From an uncultured bacterium (GTDB taxonomy: Bacteria; Patescibacteriota; Minisyncoccia; Phycocordibacterales; PALSA-1337), in NCBI GenBank assembly GCA_963851055.1, contig CAWKMY010000006.1:142965-206964 (forward strand): 64,000 nucleotides of DNA. Reading direction: 5' to 3'. The position numbers and the translations under genes are program-made. Of the stretch, positions 53,327 through 63,169 are shown piece after piece. How positions within the stretch are numbered: the stretch's first letter is position 1; each line of letters begins with the position of its first letter. Below the pieces are notes generated by a model. It made no database searches. It was given only the letters and a program-made list of their open reading frames with translations, and was not told the origin of the DNA.

Positions 53327-53486
53327 CCCCCTAACGATGGGAAAGGCACGTTCCCCCCGAGTACCTATTAAAAGTGACCTGCCTGTCCGGCAGGTATGCA
53401 AGAAGATTGACACTTTGGTGGAGTGACAGAAAAGACCTCCCCAGTTTCTCTCTGACAAAGTACAGTCAATCAGGTATCATATCCTC

Positions 53487-54137
53487 ATGCGCATCCACAA
53501 ACTAAAACACTGCTGCCTCGTCATCGACCTGAAATCCAAAGACGGCAAAGCACGCCGTATCCTTGTTGATCCTGGCATATACAGCGTCGAAGAGCACGAT
53601 CGGATAAAGCACGCGGACATAGTCCTCATCACTCATGAGCATGCCGACCATTTCCATATTGAGTCTCTGAAAGCATTGGTCAAACGCGCGCCGGATGCGT
53701 CTATCGTAACTGACTTAGGCGTCGGCGCTATTTTAGCCAAAGAGGGCATAGAGCATCATGTTATGGAGCATGGCAATTCTATCGATTTGAAAGGCGTACA
53801 CATCGAAGCTTTTGGAAAAGATCATGCCATTCTGCACAAATCTCTGCCGATGATGTCGAATATCGGTTTCTTTATTGAAAATAAACTATTTTTTCCTGGC
53901 GATGCTTTCACCGATCCGAAAAAATCCATAGATGTTCTAGCTCTGCCGGTTGCCGGGCCGTGGATGAAGATATCTGAAGCTATAGATTATGCTCTAGAAT
54001 TAAAGCCGAGGGTTGCTTTCCCTGTACATGATGCCGGCCGCGGCGCATCCACGCATCGTATTCCGGATATGATTTTGAACAAGAACGGCATCGAATTCAT
54101 CAAACTCGAAGAAGGAGGGGAATTAGAATTGACCTAA
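53487..54137 (+). CDS. MBL-fold metallo-hydrolase
   Basis: HxHxDH motif (THEHADHF) and downstream metal ligands. Confidence 0.8.
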   Translation: MRIHKLKHCCLVIDLKSKDGKARRILVDPGIYSVEEHDRIKHADIVLITHEHADHFHIESLKALVKRAPDASIVTDLGVGAILAKEGIEHHVMEHGNSIDLKGVHIEAFGKDHAILHKSLPMMSNIGFFIENKLFFPGDAFTDPKKSIDVLALPVAGPWMKISEAIDYALELKPRVAFPVHDAGRGASTHRIPDMILNKNGIEFIKLEEGGELELT

Positions 54138-54188
54138 TTTATAATTATATAATTAGGTCAATTAGAAATTTTCTGTTACATTTACCAC

Positions 54189-55457
54189 ATGACTTTCAAG
54201 AAAACAGTCCTTACCAATGGCTTGCGCATCATCACTGTTCCTATGCCTGACAATCCTGCCGTGACGGTTCTCGTCATGGTTGAAGCCGGATCGAAATATG
54301 AGACCAAAGAGCAAGGAGGACTTTCGCACTTCATAGAGCATATGCTCTTCAAAGGCACCCCTACAAGGCCCAAAGCTACGGATATATCGCGCGAGCTCGA
54401 CGGGCTTGGCGCGCAGTCGAATGCTTTCACTTCGCATGAATTTACAGGCTATTACGCAAAAGCCGATGCCAAACACCTGAATGCCATAATAGACGTATTG
54501 GCTGACATGTATTCCAACCCATTGTTCGATGAGGCGGAGATGAAGAAGGAAAAAGGGGTGATAGTGGAGGAGATAAAGATGTATCAGGATTTGCCGCAGG
54601 CGCACGTACAGCATCTTTTCATGGAACTCATGTATGGTGATCAGCCGGTCGGCCGCAATCTCGCCGGTACGGAGGAGACCGTGAGATCTTTCACTCGGAA
54701 ACAGGCTATAGATTATCGTGCGGAGCATTATGTGAGCGGCGCTACCGCCGTCATAGTCGGCGGATCATTCGATGAAAAAAGTGTCATAAAAAAGATCGAG
54801 GCGGCATTTTCGAAACTGCCTTCTTCCGCGAAGAAAGGCAAACCTCCGGTCAGAGAGTCTCAGCAGTCACCGGCCATAACGACCTTATACAAAGAATCGG
54901 ACCAGACGCATCTCGTAATAGGGGTGCGCACATTTCCGGTGAATGACCCCCGCGACGCGACTATGTCCGTTCTCGCGACCATTCTAGGTAAAGGCATGAG
55001 CTCGCGACTCTTCTCCAAGATGCGCGATGAGCTCGGCATATGCTATTACATAAGGACAAATCCAGACTCCTTTACTGATCATGGAAATCTCACCATTTCC
55101 GCCGGTGTGGACAATTCTCGCGTAGAGGAAGGCGTAAGAGGAATCCTCGGAGAATGTAAGCGTTTGAAAGACGAGCTCGTTCCGGAATCAGAGATGAAAA
55201 AAGCCAAAGACTACATAGCCGGCACTACTATGCTCGAGCTCGAGACTTCCGATGCCAGAGCTGAATTTTGCGGTGGTCAAGAGGTCCTGAAAGGAAAGAT
55301 AGAACACCCCGATGAAATGATAAAGAAAATCAATGCCGTCTCTGCCGCCGATGTGCAGAAATTGGCTAGGGATATTTTTGTCGATGGAAGCCTTAATATG
55401 GCCATAGTAGGGAGATTCAAGGACAGTTCCACATTCAAAGACTACTTCAAATTCTAG
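54189..55457 (+). CDS. M16-family (pitrilysin-like) zinc peptidase
   Basis: The inverted zinc motif HxxEH (HFIEHMLFKGT) and the M16 C-terminal half. Confidence 0.85.
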   Translation: MTFKKTVLTNGLRIITVPMPDNPAVTVLVMVEAGSKYETKEQGGLSHFIEHMLFKGTPTRPKATDISRELDGLGAQSNAFTSHEFTGYYAKADAKHLNAIIDVLADMYSNPLFDEAEMKKEKGVIVEEIKMYQDLPQAHVQHLFMELMYGDQPVGRNLAGTEETVRSFTRKQAIDYRAEHYVSGATAVIVGGSFDEKSVIKKIEAAFSKLPSSAKKGKPPVRESQQSPAITTLYKESDQTHLVIGVRTFPVNDPRDATMSVLATILGKGMSSRLFSKMRDELGICYYIRTNPDSFTDHGNLTISAGVDNSRVEEGVRGILGECKRLKDELVPESEMKKAKDYIAGTTMLELETSDARAEFCGGQEVLKGKIEHPDEMIKKINAVSAADVQKLARDIFVDGSLNMAIVGRFKDSSTFKDYFKF

Positions 55458-55494
55458 GCTTCAAATCCAGTCCTTCTGGTGCTATACTCTCGAC

Positions 55495-56568
55495 ATGCCT
55501 AGCATTCCCAGCGGTTTCACTTCCATATCTACGGGCACTATCGTCCGCTTTTTCCTCGTGGTTATAGTTATCGCAGCTCTCTATTATCTGCGCGACGTTC
55601 TCTTGGTAGTCGTGGCCGCCGTGGTCATCGCATCCGCATTGGAGCCTTTGGTGCGTCGCATGGGTCGTTATCACATACATAGAGTTATAGCGGCGGTTCT
55701 CATCTATATCCTCCTCGCCGCTTTCATCGCCGCGATATTGGTCTTTTTCATGCCACTTCTCATAAATGACACGGTATCATTCTTGTCATCTCTTCCGCGT
55801 ACGGTATCTCTGGACGACGTCTGGAATCCTATCCGTGATGTCGGTATAAATATCGTTCCATCATCGGTCAGCTCCACTCAGAACATCTCCGTGGCAGATC
55901 TGGTCAATGGTCTGCAGTCGGCCATAGCCGGCACTACAGCCGGTGCTTTCAAGACAGCCAGCTTTATATTCGGTGGAGTGCTGTCGTTCTTCCTCATAGT
56001 GATCCTGTCTTTCTACCTCGTCGTACAAGAAGACGGAGTGGAAAATTTCATCCGTTTGATCACTCCTTCTGCTAGACACGACTACGCAGTCAATCTATGG
56101 GGTCGGGCCAGGAGAAAGATAGGTTCTTGGCTACAAGGCCAGATCCTGTTAGGGATCATCGTCGGAGTGCTAGTCTATCTGATCTTGGCCGTTGTCGGCA
56201 TACCGCACGCCTTGGTCCTGGCGGTTCTAGCCGCCGCCTTTGAGCTCATACCCGTCTTTGGTCCGGTTATTTCATCCGTTCCGGCCATTCTTATCGCTTT
56301 CTCCGATAAAGGCATAGGCACCGGTTTTCTTCTCATAGGTCTCTATCTCATCATCTATCAATTCGAGAGTCAGCTCTTTTATCCGTTGGTGGTCAAGAAA
56401 ATTGTCGGCATATCGCCCATCATTGTTATCATTGCCCTAGTGGTCGGTGCCAAGCTCGCCGGCATCCTAGGAGCTTTGATAGCTGTGCCTCTGTCAGCCG
56501 CTCTCATGGAATATGTTCATGATGTTGAGAAGCGCAAGAAAGGGGAGCATCCGACTGCGGCCATCTAG
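55495..56568 (+). CDS. AI-2E family transporter (PerM/UPF0118)
   Basis: Eight-TM pattern with typical blocks (GQILLGIIVG, ELIPVFGPVIS). Confidence 0.8.
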   Translation: MPSIPSGFTSISTGTIVRFFLVVIVIAALYYLRDVLLVVVAAVVIASALEPLVRRMGRYHIHRVIAAVLIYILLAAFIAAILVFFMPLLINDTVSFLSSLPRTVSLDDVWNPIRDVGINIVPSSVSSTQNISVADLVNGLQSAIAGTTAGAFKTASFIFGGVLSFFLIVILSFYLVVQEDGVENFIRLITPSARHDYAVNLWGRARRKIGSWLQGQILLGIIVGVLVYLILAVVGIPHALVLAVLAAAFELIPVFGPVISSVPAILIAFSDKGIGTGFLLIGLYLIIYQFESQLFYPLVVKKIVGISPIIVIIALVVGAKLAGILGALIAVPLSAALMEYVHDVEKRKKGEHPTAAI

Positions 56569-56595
56569 ACCTTATCCACGGTCGCCTAAAAACCC

Positions 56596-58062
56596 ATGTC
56601 TAAAAAGCCTTTTTATATAACGACAACCTTGCCGTATGTGAATGCCGAGCCTCACATAGGCCATGCCATGGAATTCATACGCGCCGATGCTATAGCTAGG
56701 GCAAAAAGTCTCGCCGGTAATGACGTTTTTTTCAATACCGGAACGGATGAGCATGGCATAAAAGTCTATCAGAAAGCAAAGCAGCTCGGTTTAGAGCCGC
56801 AAGGATATGTAGATCAAGCATCGGGCAAGTTCAAGGATATTTTGACAGCGCTCGGCATCGCCACGAATGAACCAGATATAAAGTTCAATTTCATACGCAC
56901 AACAGACCCAGACCACGTTAAGGCGGCTCAGGCTTTTTGGAAATTAGTGGACAAGAACGGCTATATCTATAAGAAGAATTATTCCATAAAGTATTGCATC
57001 GGCTGCGAGCTGGAGAAGACTGATTCCGAGCTGGTCGACGGTAAGTGTCCGCTACATCCGCTCATGGCTATAGAGATCATTAATGAGGAGAATTATTTCT
57101 TTAAGTTCAGCGCTTTCCAAAAACCTTTGCTAGAGCTATATGAGAAAAATCCAGCCTTAGTCATCCCGGATTTCCGTTTCAATGAGATAAAAGCATTCGT
57201 TGGGCGCGGTTTGGAAGATTTCAGCATATCGCGTTTGGCTAGCAAGATGCCATGGGGCATACCGGTGCCAGGGGACGAGGGCCAGGTCATGTATGTATGG
57301 TTCGACGCCTTGGTCAATTACATTTCAGCCGTTGGTTGGCCAGATGATACCGCCTCGTACCAAAAGTGGTGCGGCATCGGCGCGGGTAAAAGCGGCGGCA
57401 TGGTCCAATATTGCGGCAAAGACAATCTCCGCCAGCAGTCAGCCATGTGGCAGGCCATGCTCATGGCCGCAGGGCTTCCGCCTTCAAAGACCATAGTCAT
57501 CGACGGCTTCATCACAGGCGAAGGTGGCATCAAGATGTCCAAGTCTCTCGGCAACACCGTTGATCCGTTAGACATAGTCAAACAATACGGCACTGATGCT
57601 TTGCGTTATTATGTAGCTCGAGAGATTTCGCCTTTCGAAGATTCGCCTTTCACCATGGAGCGATTCAAGGAATCTTATAATGCCAGTCTGGCCAATGGGG
57701 TAGGGAATTTAACTAGTAGAATAATGAAAATGTCGGAGGCGAATATCGATGCGGTTTCTGTAGAAACCGACGCGTACCCAAGTGAATATACGAAAGCAAT
57801 AGAGTCATATGACTTGAAGACGGCTATGGATATTATTTGGTCAAGGATCTCAGGGCTTGATGGAATCATTCAAAAAGAACAGCCGTTCAAACTGATAAAG
57901 GAAGACAAGAAAAAAGGCCAAGAAGTCATAACAAAGATGGTTAAAGAGCTTTTCCAGATAGCAAAACTCCTGGAACCATTCCTGCCATCCACTTCTTTGA
58001 AGATCCAAGAATGTGTGAAGACAAATAAGATGCCATCGGAACCGCTCTTTATGAGGAAATAA
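56596..58062 (+). CDS. metG: Methionine--tRNA ligase
   Basis: HIGH-type motif (YVNAEPHIGHA), KMSKS, and a zinc knuckle CIGCE...CPLH. Confidence 0.95.
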   Translation: MSKKPFYITTTLPYVNAEPHIGHAMEFIRADAIARAKSLAGNDVFFNTGTDEHGIKVYQKAKQLGLEPQGYVDQASGKFKDILTALGIATNEPDIKFNFIRTTDPDHVKAAQAFWKLVDKNGYIYKKNYSIKYCIGCELEKTDSELVDGKCPLHPLMAIEIINEENYFFKFSAFQKPLLELYEKNPALVIPDFRFNEIKAFVGRGLEDFSISRLASKMPWGIPVPGDEGQVMYVWFDALVNYISAVGWPDDTASYQKWCGIGAGKSGGMVQYCGKDNLRQQSAMWQAMLMAAGLPPSKTIVIDGFITGEGGIKMSKSLGNTVDPLDIVKQYGTDALRYYVAREISPFEDSPFTMERFKESYNASLANGVGNLTSRIMKMSEANIDAVSVETDAYPSEYTKAIESYDLKTAMDIIWSRISGLDGIIQKEQPFKLIKEDKKKGQEVITKMVKELFQIAKLLEPFLPSTSLKIQECVKTNKMPSEPLFMRK

Positions 58063-58088
58063 TAAAACTTCCTCATCGTTCAATCATA

Positions 58089-58928
58089 ATGCCCAGAAAT
58101 TTTGATTACATCGATATTCACGGCCATCTCAACTTCGTTGCATATGATCCTGACAGGGAGGAAGTCATAAAGCGCGCCCAAGATGCCGGTGTCGGCATGA
58201 TCACGGTAGGTACGCAGATGGACACTTCGAAGAAAGCTGTTGAATTAGCAGAGGCGCACGAGAATATGTGGGCGGTTATAGGCTTGCATCCTATTCATAC
58301 CTCTAAATCACACCACGATGAAAAAGAGCTCGGTGAAGGCGGCAAAGAATTCACTTCGCGGGGCGAGATTCTCGATATGGATGCATATAGGAAGCTGGCA
58401 AATCATCCGAAGACTGTGGCTATAGGCGAATGCGGGCTTGATTACTATCGACTAGAAGAAGATTCGCGAGACAAACAGGTGAAGATATTTGAATCAATGA
58501 TCGATTTGGCCAACGAAGTCGGAAAACCACTAATGCTCCATATCAGGAATGGTTCAGGGCGTTCCGCATATAATGATGCTTACGAAATATTGAAAAGTCG
58601 CGCAAAGGTGAAAGGTGACTTACACTTCTTCGCGGGAAGCATTGAGGAAGCAAAACCATTCCTAGATCTGGGTTTCTCTTTTTCATTCACAGGTGTTGTA
58701 ACTTTCACAAAAGACTATGATGAGATTGTGAAATATTTGCCTCTAGAAAGAATAATGTCAGAGACGGATTGCCCTTATGTCACGCCGAAACCAAATAGGG
58801 GAAAGAGGAATGAGCCAGCTTATGTCATCGAAACGGTCAAAGCTATAGCTCGTATTCGCGGTGAAGATGAAGCAAAAGTTGCAGCCCAATTGCTTGAAAA
58901 TGCTAGGAAATTCTTCTCTTTAATCTGA
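58089..58928 (+). CDS. TatD-family metal-dependent hydrolase
   Basis: IDIHGHL, GECGLDY, LHIR, and ETDCPY motifs. Confidence 0.85.
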   Translation: MPRNFDYIDIHGHLNFVAYDPDREEVIKRAQDAGVGMITVGTQMDTSKKAVELAEAHENMWAVIGLHPIHTSKSHHDEKELGEGGKEFTSRGEILDMDAYRKLANHPKTVAIGECGLDYYRLEEDSRDKQVKIFESMIDLANEVGKPLMLHIRNGSGRSAYNDAYEILKSRAKVKGDLHFFAGSIEEAKPFLDLGFSFSFTGVVTFTKDYDEIVKYLPLERIMSETDCPYVTPKPNRGKRNEPAYVIETVKAIARIRGEDEAKVAAQLLENARKFFSLI

Positions 58929-59239
58929 ATTTCACCGATTTACGCAGGTTTCGGGCTTTTTATTTATGTTTCGATCATTTCTTAGGCGAATTTTTATCAA
59001 AAATTAGGCGTTTTTTGATTTCTTTTTGAGCGTTTCTTTATCGTCTCTCTGATAGAGTGGAATAGCCTCAAATCCGCCGTATAAAGCGGACCATTGCGAG
59101 GCTGGGGACTTCATGGTAGTCTCATGTCATTACAAGTTAATCGCAATTAGTCCCTGACCATCTATATTTGCCCATCGGTGAAAATATATGGAAAGGGTTC
59201 CGCGAAGATCATTCCGAGCGGATCACTGGTTGCAAAAAT

Positions 59240-59776
59240 ATGACTGAAACTATGAATGAAGGCCGCACGTCGGTCTATGAGATAGGATACCTCATCACCC
59301 CGTCTATACCGGAGGAGAAAGTTCCGGCTGAAGTCGATGGGATGAAAAAGGTTATCGCAGATGCAGGCGCATCCGTGATTGCTGAAGAGGCGCCGCACCG
59401 GATGAAGCTTGCGTATGAGATACGCAGGAAGACCATGGCTGGATCGTATGACAAATTCAATGAGGCTTATTTCGGCTGGATCAAGTTCGAAGCCGAATCG
59501 AGCGCCATCGAAGCCGCCAAGAAGGCCATAGAAATCCTTCCGTCAGTTCTCCGCATGTTGCTCATCACTACTACGCGCGAGAATACTTATCTAGGCAAGC
59601 ACGCCCCTGCTATCGCCGCGGAGATCGGCGGTAGAAAGGCTGTTACGGCGGAGAAAGCTGCGGGTAAATCTTTTGAGGCCAAGGTTGGAACCAAGATCGA
59701 CGCTAAGGCCGATGTAGCGCCAGCTTCCATAGAAGAGATGGACAAGTCTATAGACGCAATGGTCAAAGAGGCATAA
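59240..59776 (+). CDS. rpsF: 30S ribosomal protein S6 with long C-terminal extension
   Basis: bS6 core (YEIGYLITP...) taken from ATG 59240. The track start at 59168 is an unlikely alternative start. Confidence 0.8.
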   Translation: MTETMNEGRTSVYEIGYLITPSIPEEKVPAEVDGMKKVIADAGASVIAEEAPHRMKLAYEIRRKTMAGSYDKFNEAYFGWIKFEAESSAIEAAKKAIEILPSVLRMLLITTTRENTYLGKHAPAIAAEIGGRKAVTAEKAAGKSFEAKVGTKIDAKADVAPASIEEMDKSIDAMVKEA

Positions 59777-59822
59777 TTAGCAAATGTTCAAAGACCAAGT
59801 TACAATAACCAAATAACGCAAC

Positions 59823-60311
59823 ATGTATCTAAACAAAGCATTCATAATAGGTAATCTGACCCGAGATCCGGAGATCAAAGCTATGCCATCAGGCACCAAG
59901 GTCTGCACTTTCGGTCTAGCTACCAACCGCAATTTCAAAGACAAGGATGGCAATCGTCAGGAATCAGTCGAGTTCCATAATATCGTGGTCTTCGGCCGCA
60001 CAGCAGAGCTCGTGGCTCAATATCTAAAGAAAGGTTCGCAAGCATGCATCGAGGGTCGCCTGCAGACGCGTTCCTGGGATGACAAGCAGACAGGTACCAA
60101 GAAATATCGCACTGAGATCGTGGCTGAGACCGTCCAGTTCGGCAATCGTCCAGGAGCAGGAGGAGCGTCATCTGGTAGCGCCGGTTCAACGGGAGACAAA
60201 GGTTCTGAAACGCCGGATTCTGTATCCGGGGACGCAGATCCAGCAGGCGAAAAAGGCGAGAAGATAGAATATCCACAGGAAGAGATAAACCCAGACGACA
60301 TACCATTTTAA
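59823..60311 (+). CDS. ssb: Single-stranded DNA-binding protein
   Basis: OB fold (MYLNKAFIIGNLTRDPE...), a Gly/Ser-rich linker and the acidic tail DDIPF. Confidence 0.9.
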   Translation: MYLNKAFIIGNLTRDPEIKAMPSGTKVCTFGLATNRNFKDKDGNRQESVEFHNIVVFGRTAELVAQYLKKGSQACIEGRLQTRSWDDKQTGTKKYRTEIVAETVQFGNRPGAGGASSGSAGSTGDKGSETPDSVSGDADPAGEKGEKIEYPQEEINPDDIPF

Positions 60312-60340
60312 TCTGCTCATCCTAAATCAAAACAACCATC

Positions 60341-60544
60341 ATGAAAAAACAGTGTTATTTCTCACAACATAATATAAAGCATATCGATTACAAGGACACA
60401 GAAGTCCTGAAGAAGTTCATCAACCCGCACGGCCGCATGATAGCCAGGAAGCGTACCGGTATCAGCGCCAAGTATCAGCGCCAGTTGGCTGCGGCTATAA
60501 AGAGGGCTAGGTTTATGGGGCTTCTGCCGTATGTTGCAAGCTAG
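60341..60544 (+). CDS. rpsR: 30S ribosomal protein S18
   Basis: [50 protein letters not shown]. Confidence 0.9.
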   Translation: MKKQCYFSQHNIKHIDYKDTEVLKKFINPHGRMIARKRTGISAKYQRQLAAAIKRARFMGLLPYVAS

Positions 60545-60551
60545 TGATTAG

Positions 60552-60673
60552 AGGAGAACAAGAAACAGCACATCGGAAACTCGAAAGACCCCTGCAGGGG
60601 TCTTTCTGTCCTCGGAGATTTCCTGCTGAAAATCTCCTGCGGATGTTTCCTCAATGTTGTTTCCTGTTCTCCT
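60552..60673. repeat. Compound palindromic element, copy B (same architecture as 36587-36700)
   Basis: The outer arms are AGGAGAACAAGAAACAGCACATCGGAAAC and GTTTCCTCAATGTTGTTTCCTGTTCTCCT. Inner hairpins are GAAAGACCCC-TGCA-GGGGTCTTTC and GGAGATTT...AAATCTCC. It lies between the convergent rpsR and efp. Confidence 0.6.
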
Positions 60674-61244
60674 ACTTACCAACTCTCTCGCGATACTCGC
60701 CGGTTTCTGTGTTGATCCTAATGACGTCGCCTTCATTGACGAAAAGGGGAACGTTGATTTCGGTACCGGTCTCGAGCTTTACTGTTTTTGAACCACCGGT
60801 CACAGTGTCGCCCTTAACTGCTGGTTGTGCTTCGGTTACCTTTAGGTCAGCGGTAATAGGCATACGGAATCCCATAGGCTGTTCATTGAAAAGGAATTGG
60901 CCGACGACTGTATTTGGCTTGAGGAATTTACCTTGAGGTCCGACTTGTTCCTCGGTTACTTTGAAACGTTTTGAAGAGTTCTCGGCTTCGCTGAACCACC
61001 ATTCGCCGCGATTGTTATAGAGATACTTGACCTCGCGCTCTTCTATCTCCGCTTCCTCAACCTTGTCTGATACGTGGAATGAGTACTCTGTGACTTTACC
61101 TGTCATGAGGTTTTTGAGCTTTGTGGCGTTGACCGGTTTGCGCTGTTGCTTGCGGAAGACGTGGGCAGAAATGACCTCGTATGGAGTGCCGTCCATGACG
61201 ATGTATTTCTTTTCGGTTATATCGCTGTATTCGAGGAGGGACAT
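60672..61244 (-). CDS. efp: Elongation factor P
   Basis: A 190-aa EF-P with three OB/KOW-like domains (VMDGTPYEVISAHVFRKQQRKPV...). Confidence 0.9.
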   Translation of the reverse strand: MSLLEYSDITEKKYIVMDGTPYEVISAHVFRKQQRKPVNATKLKNLMTGKVTEYSFHVSDKVEEAEIEEREVKYLYNNRGEWWFSEAENSSKRFKVTEEQVGPQGKFLKPNTVVGQFLFNEQPMGFRMPITADLKVTEAQPAVKGDTVTGGSKTVKLETGTEINVPLFVNEGDVIRINTETGEYRERVGK

Positions 61245-61362
61245 GGGGAGTAGGGATTAAACTTGTTAATTAAAGGATTGGCCTAGTCTAGCCGTTTTCT
61301 AGGGAAAAAGCAAAACCCCGCTTTGTGAGCGGGGAAGTGCTTGCTATTGTTTGAGTTGATCT

Positions 61363-61608
61363 TCAATCATACGCCTTGTCTCTAGGATCAATCTCGATTA
61401 TTTTCGCCTCGTGATTTTCAATGACAAATTTCAGGCGATGCTTGCCAACTCGGAATCTATAGCATTTCTTTATGGCTATATATTTGGCGAAAACAAAGAT
61501 ATTTCCTTGTTTCATAAAGAACCGTACTTTGTCTCGTATCCGTACCTGTGTGCCAAAGGGAAGCTCGCCGAGCTGGTCTTCGGCTTGATAAGAGAAGTAA
61601 ATATTCAT
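61363..61608 (-). CDS. RelE/ParE-family toxin
   Basis: YRFRVGKHRLKFVIENHEAKIIEIDPRDKAY. It lies downstream of an antitoxin gene with a 4-nt gap. Confidence 0.7.
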   Translation of the reverse strand: MNIYFSYQAEDQLGELPFGTQVRIRDKVRFFMKQGNIFVFAKYIAIKKCYRFRVGKHRLKFVIENHEAKIIEIDPRDKAYD

Positions 61609-61612
61609 GTGA

Positions 61613-61849
61613 TTAGAGGCCTAGCCTTTTAAATACCTCTTCAGCCGGTCTAATCCTGCCTGCGCGGATATCCGCCATTCCTTGCTCGAAATTCCTATCT
61701 GAGGCGCTTATCTTCAACCTATTCTCGACATAAGCTCGAGTTGCAAAATTGAGGACGACGCTCAAATTCATGCCTTCCTTTCGGGCTTTTTTCATAGCCT
61801 CTTTCTTTAGAGTTGTGTCCATATTCATTATGACTTTAGAAGTTTTCAT
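61613..61849 (-). CDS. RelB/DinJ-like antitoxin (third paralog)
   Basis: MNMDTTLKKEAMKKARKEGMNLSVVLNFATRAY. The start is uncertain, at 61849 or 61828. Confidence 0.6.
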   Translation of the reverse strand: MKTSKVIMNMDTTLKKEAMKKARKEGMNLSVVLNFATRAYVENRLKISASDRNFEQGMADIRAGRIRPAEEVFKRLGL

Positions 61850-61946
61850 GTAATAACAGTATATATCTGGTATATACGCTGTCAAGATGCCAAACAAACC
61901 CCATTCTGCGACTACAGAACAAGGTTTGTGGGCGTCTTATTGATTT

Positions 61947-63065
61947 TTACACTTCCTTCAGCTTCGCCTTTATCAACTTCAATATCTCATTCCTGACAGA
62001 GGCATTATCCTTGAGGAATTGTCGTGTAGCGTCATATCCTCGGCCGAGCTTCACTTCGCCGCCTGCCTGTCCGGCAGGCAGGAATGAATACGAAGAGCCT
62101 GACTTCTGGAGTATCTCGTACTTCTCGCCGAGGGCGATGATCTCGCCTTCCTGACTGATGCCTTCATTATACATGAGGTCGAATTCTGTCTGACGAAATG
62201 GTGCGGCTACTTTATTCTTGACCACTTTTACGCGCACACGGCCACCCATGACCTCTTCACCTTTCTTTATCTGGGCTATGCGGCGGATGTCGAGACGGAC
62301 AGAGGCGTAGAATTTCAGAGCCTTGCCGCCCGGGGTAGTCTCCGGATTGCCGAACATGACACCTATCTGCATGCGGATCTGGTTGATGAATATGACGATG
62401 GTCTTGGACTTGGCGACTATAGCTGTGAGCTTGCGCAATGCTTGCGACATTAGACGGGCTTGTGTGCCAACGTGGAATGCACCCATGTCTCCTTCGATTT
62501 CTGCGCGTGGTGTGAGGGCGGCTACGGAGTCGATGACGACCACATCCATCTTTCCGGTCCTTATGAGGCTGTCTACAATCTCGAGTGCTTGTTCGCCAGC
62601 ATCTGGCTGGGAAATGAGGAGCTCATCTACTTTCACGCCGAGACGCTTGGCATATTCAGGATCCATTGCGTGTTCAGCGTCTATATACGCACAAACACCG
62701 CCGAGCTTTTGGGCTTCAGCGACAACATGTAAGGCGAGGGTAGTCTTGCCGGATGATTCAGGACCGAATATCTCTATGATGCGTCCGCGAGGCATACCAC
62801 CGATACCGAGGGCGGCATCGAGGCCGAGCGAGCCTGTTGGTATTGCGTCAACGCCGACTTTCGGCTTGTCGCCGAGTTTCATGATGGACTCGTCGCCGAA
62901 CTTGGTGCGGATGGCATCCAATGCGTCGGCTATGCCGCCGCCGGTGCCTTTCATTTTGGCCGCGGCGCGGTCGGCGTTGCCGGCAACTTCAGCCGCTTCT
63001 TCTTTTTCTCGATTCTCTTTCTCCTCTTCTAAGCGAGGATTTTTTACTTTCTTGTTAATAGACAT
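61947..63065 (-). CDS. recA: Recombinase RecA with about 45-aa charged N-terminal extension
   Basis: Walker [11 protein letters not shown]1/L2 loops, and the full RecA core. Confidence 0.95.
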   Translation of the reverse strand: MSINKKVKNPRLEEEKENREKEEAAEVAGNADRAAAKMKGTGGGIADALDAIRTKFGDESIMKLGDKPKVGVDAIPTGSLGLDAALGIGGMPRGRIIEIFGPESSGKTTLALHVVAEAQKLGGVCAYIDAEHAMDPEYAKRLGVKVDELLISQPDAGEQALEIVDSLIRTGKMDVVVIDSVAALTPRAEIEGDMGAFHVGTQARLMSQALRKLTAIVAKSKTIVIFINQIRMQIGVMFGNPETTPGGKALKFYASVRLDIRRIAQIKKGEEVMGGRVRVKVVKNKVAAPFRQTEFDLMYNEGISQEGEIIALGEKYEILQKSGSSYSFLPAGQAGGEVKLGRGYDATRQFLKDNASVRNEILKLIKAKLKEV

Positions 63066-63169
63066 GTTTTCTATCTTTTGGTGATGATAATTGGGCAGTG
63101 GGGGTATTGTAGCATGAAAAAAGAGAAATTTTATCTGGATTTTATCTCGCTGTGATATAATGCCCAGCT

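Noticed and set aside
62323-63084. A 253-aa plus-strand ORF antisense to recA. Similar long antisense ORFs occur inside typA, ileS, mutM and the Mur ligase gene.
   Set aside because: They lie opposite strongly conserved genes and have biased, low-complexity composition. These are typical shadow ORFs.
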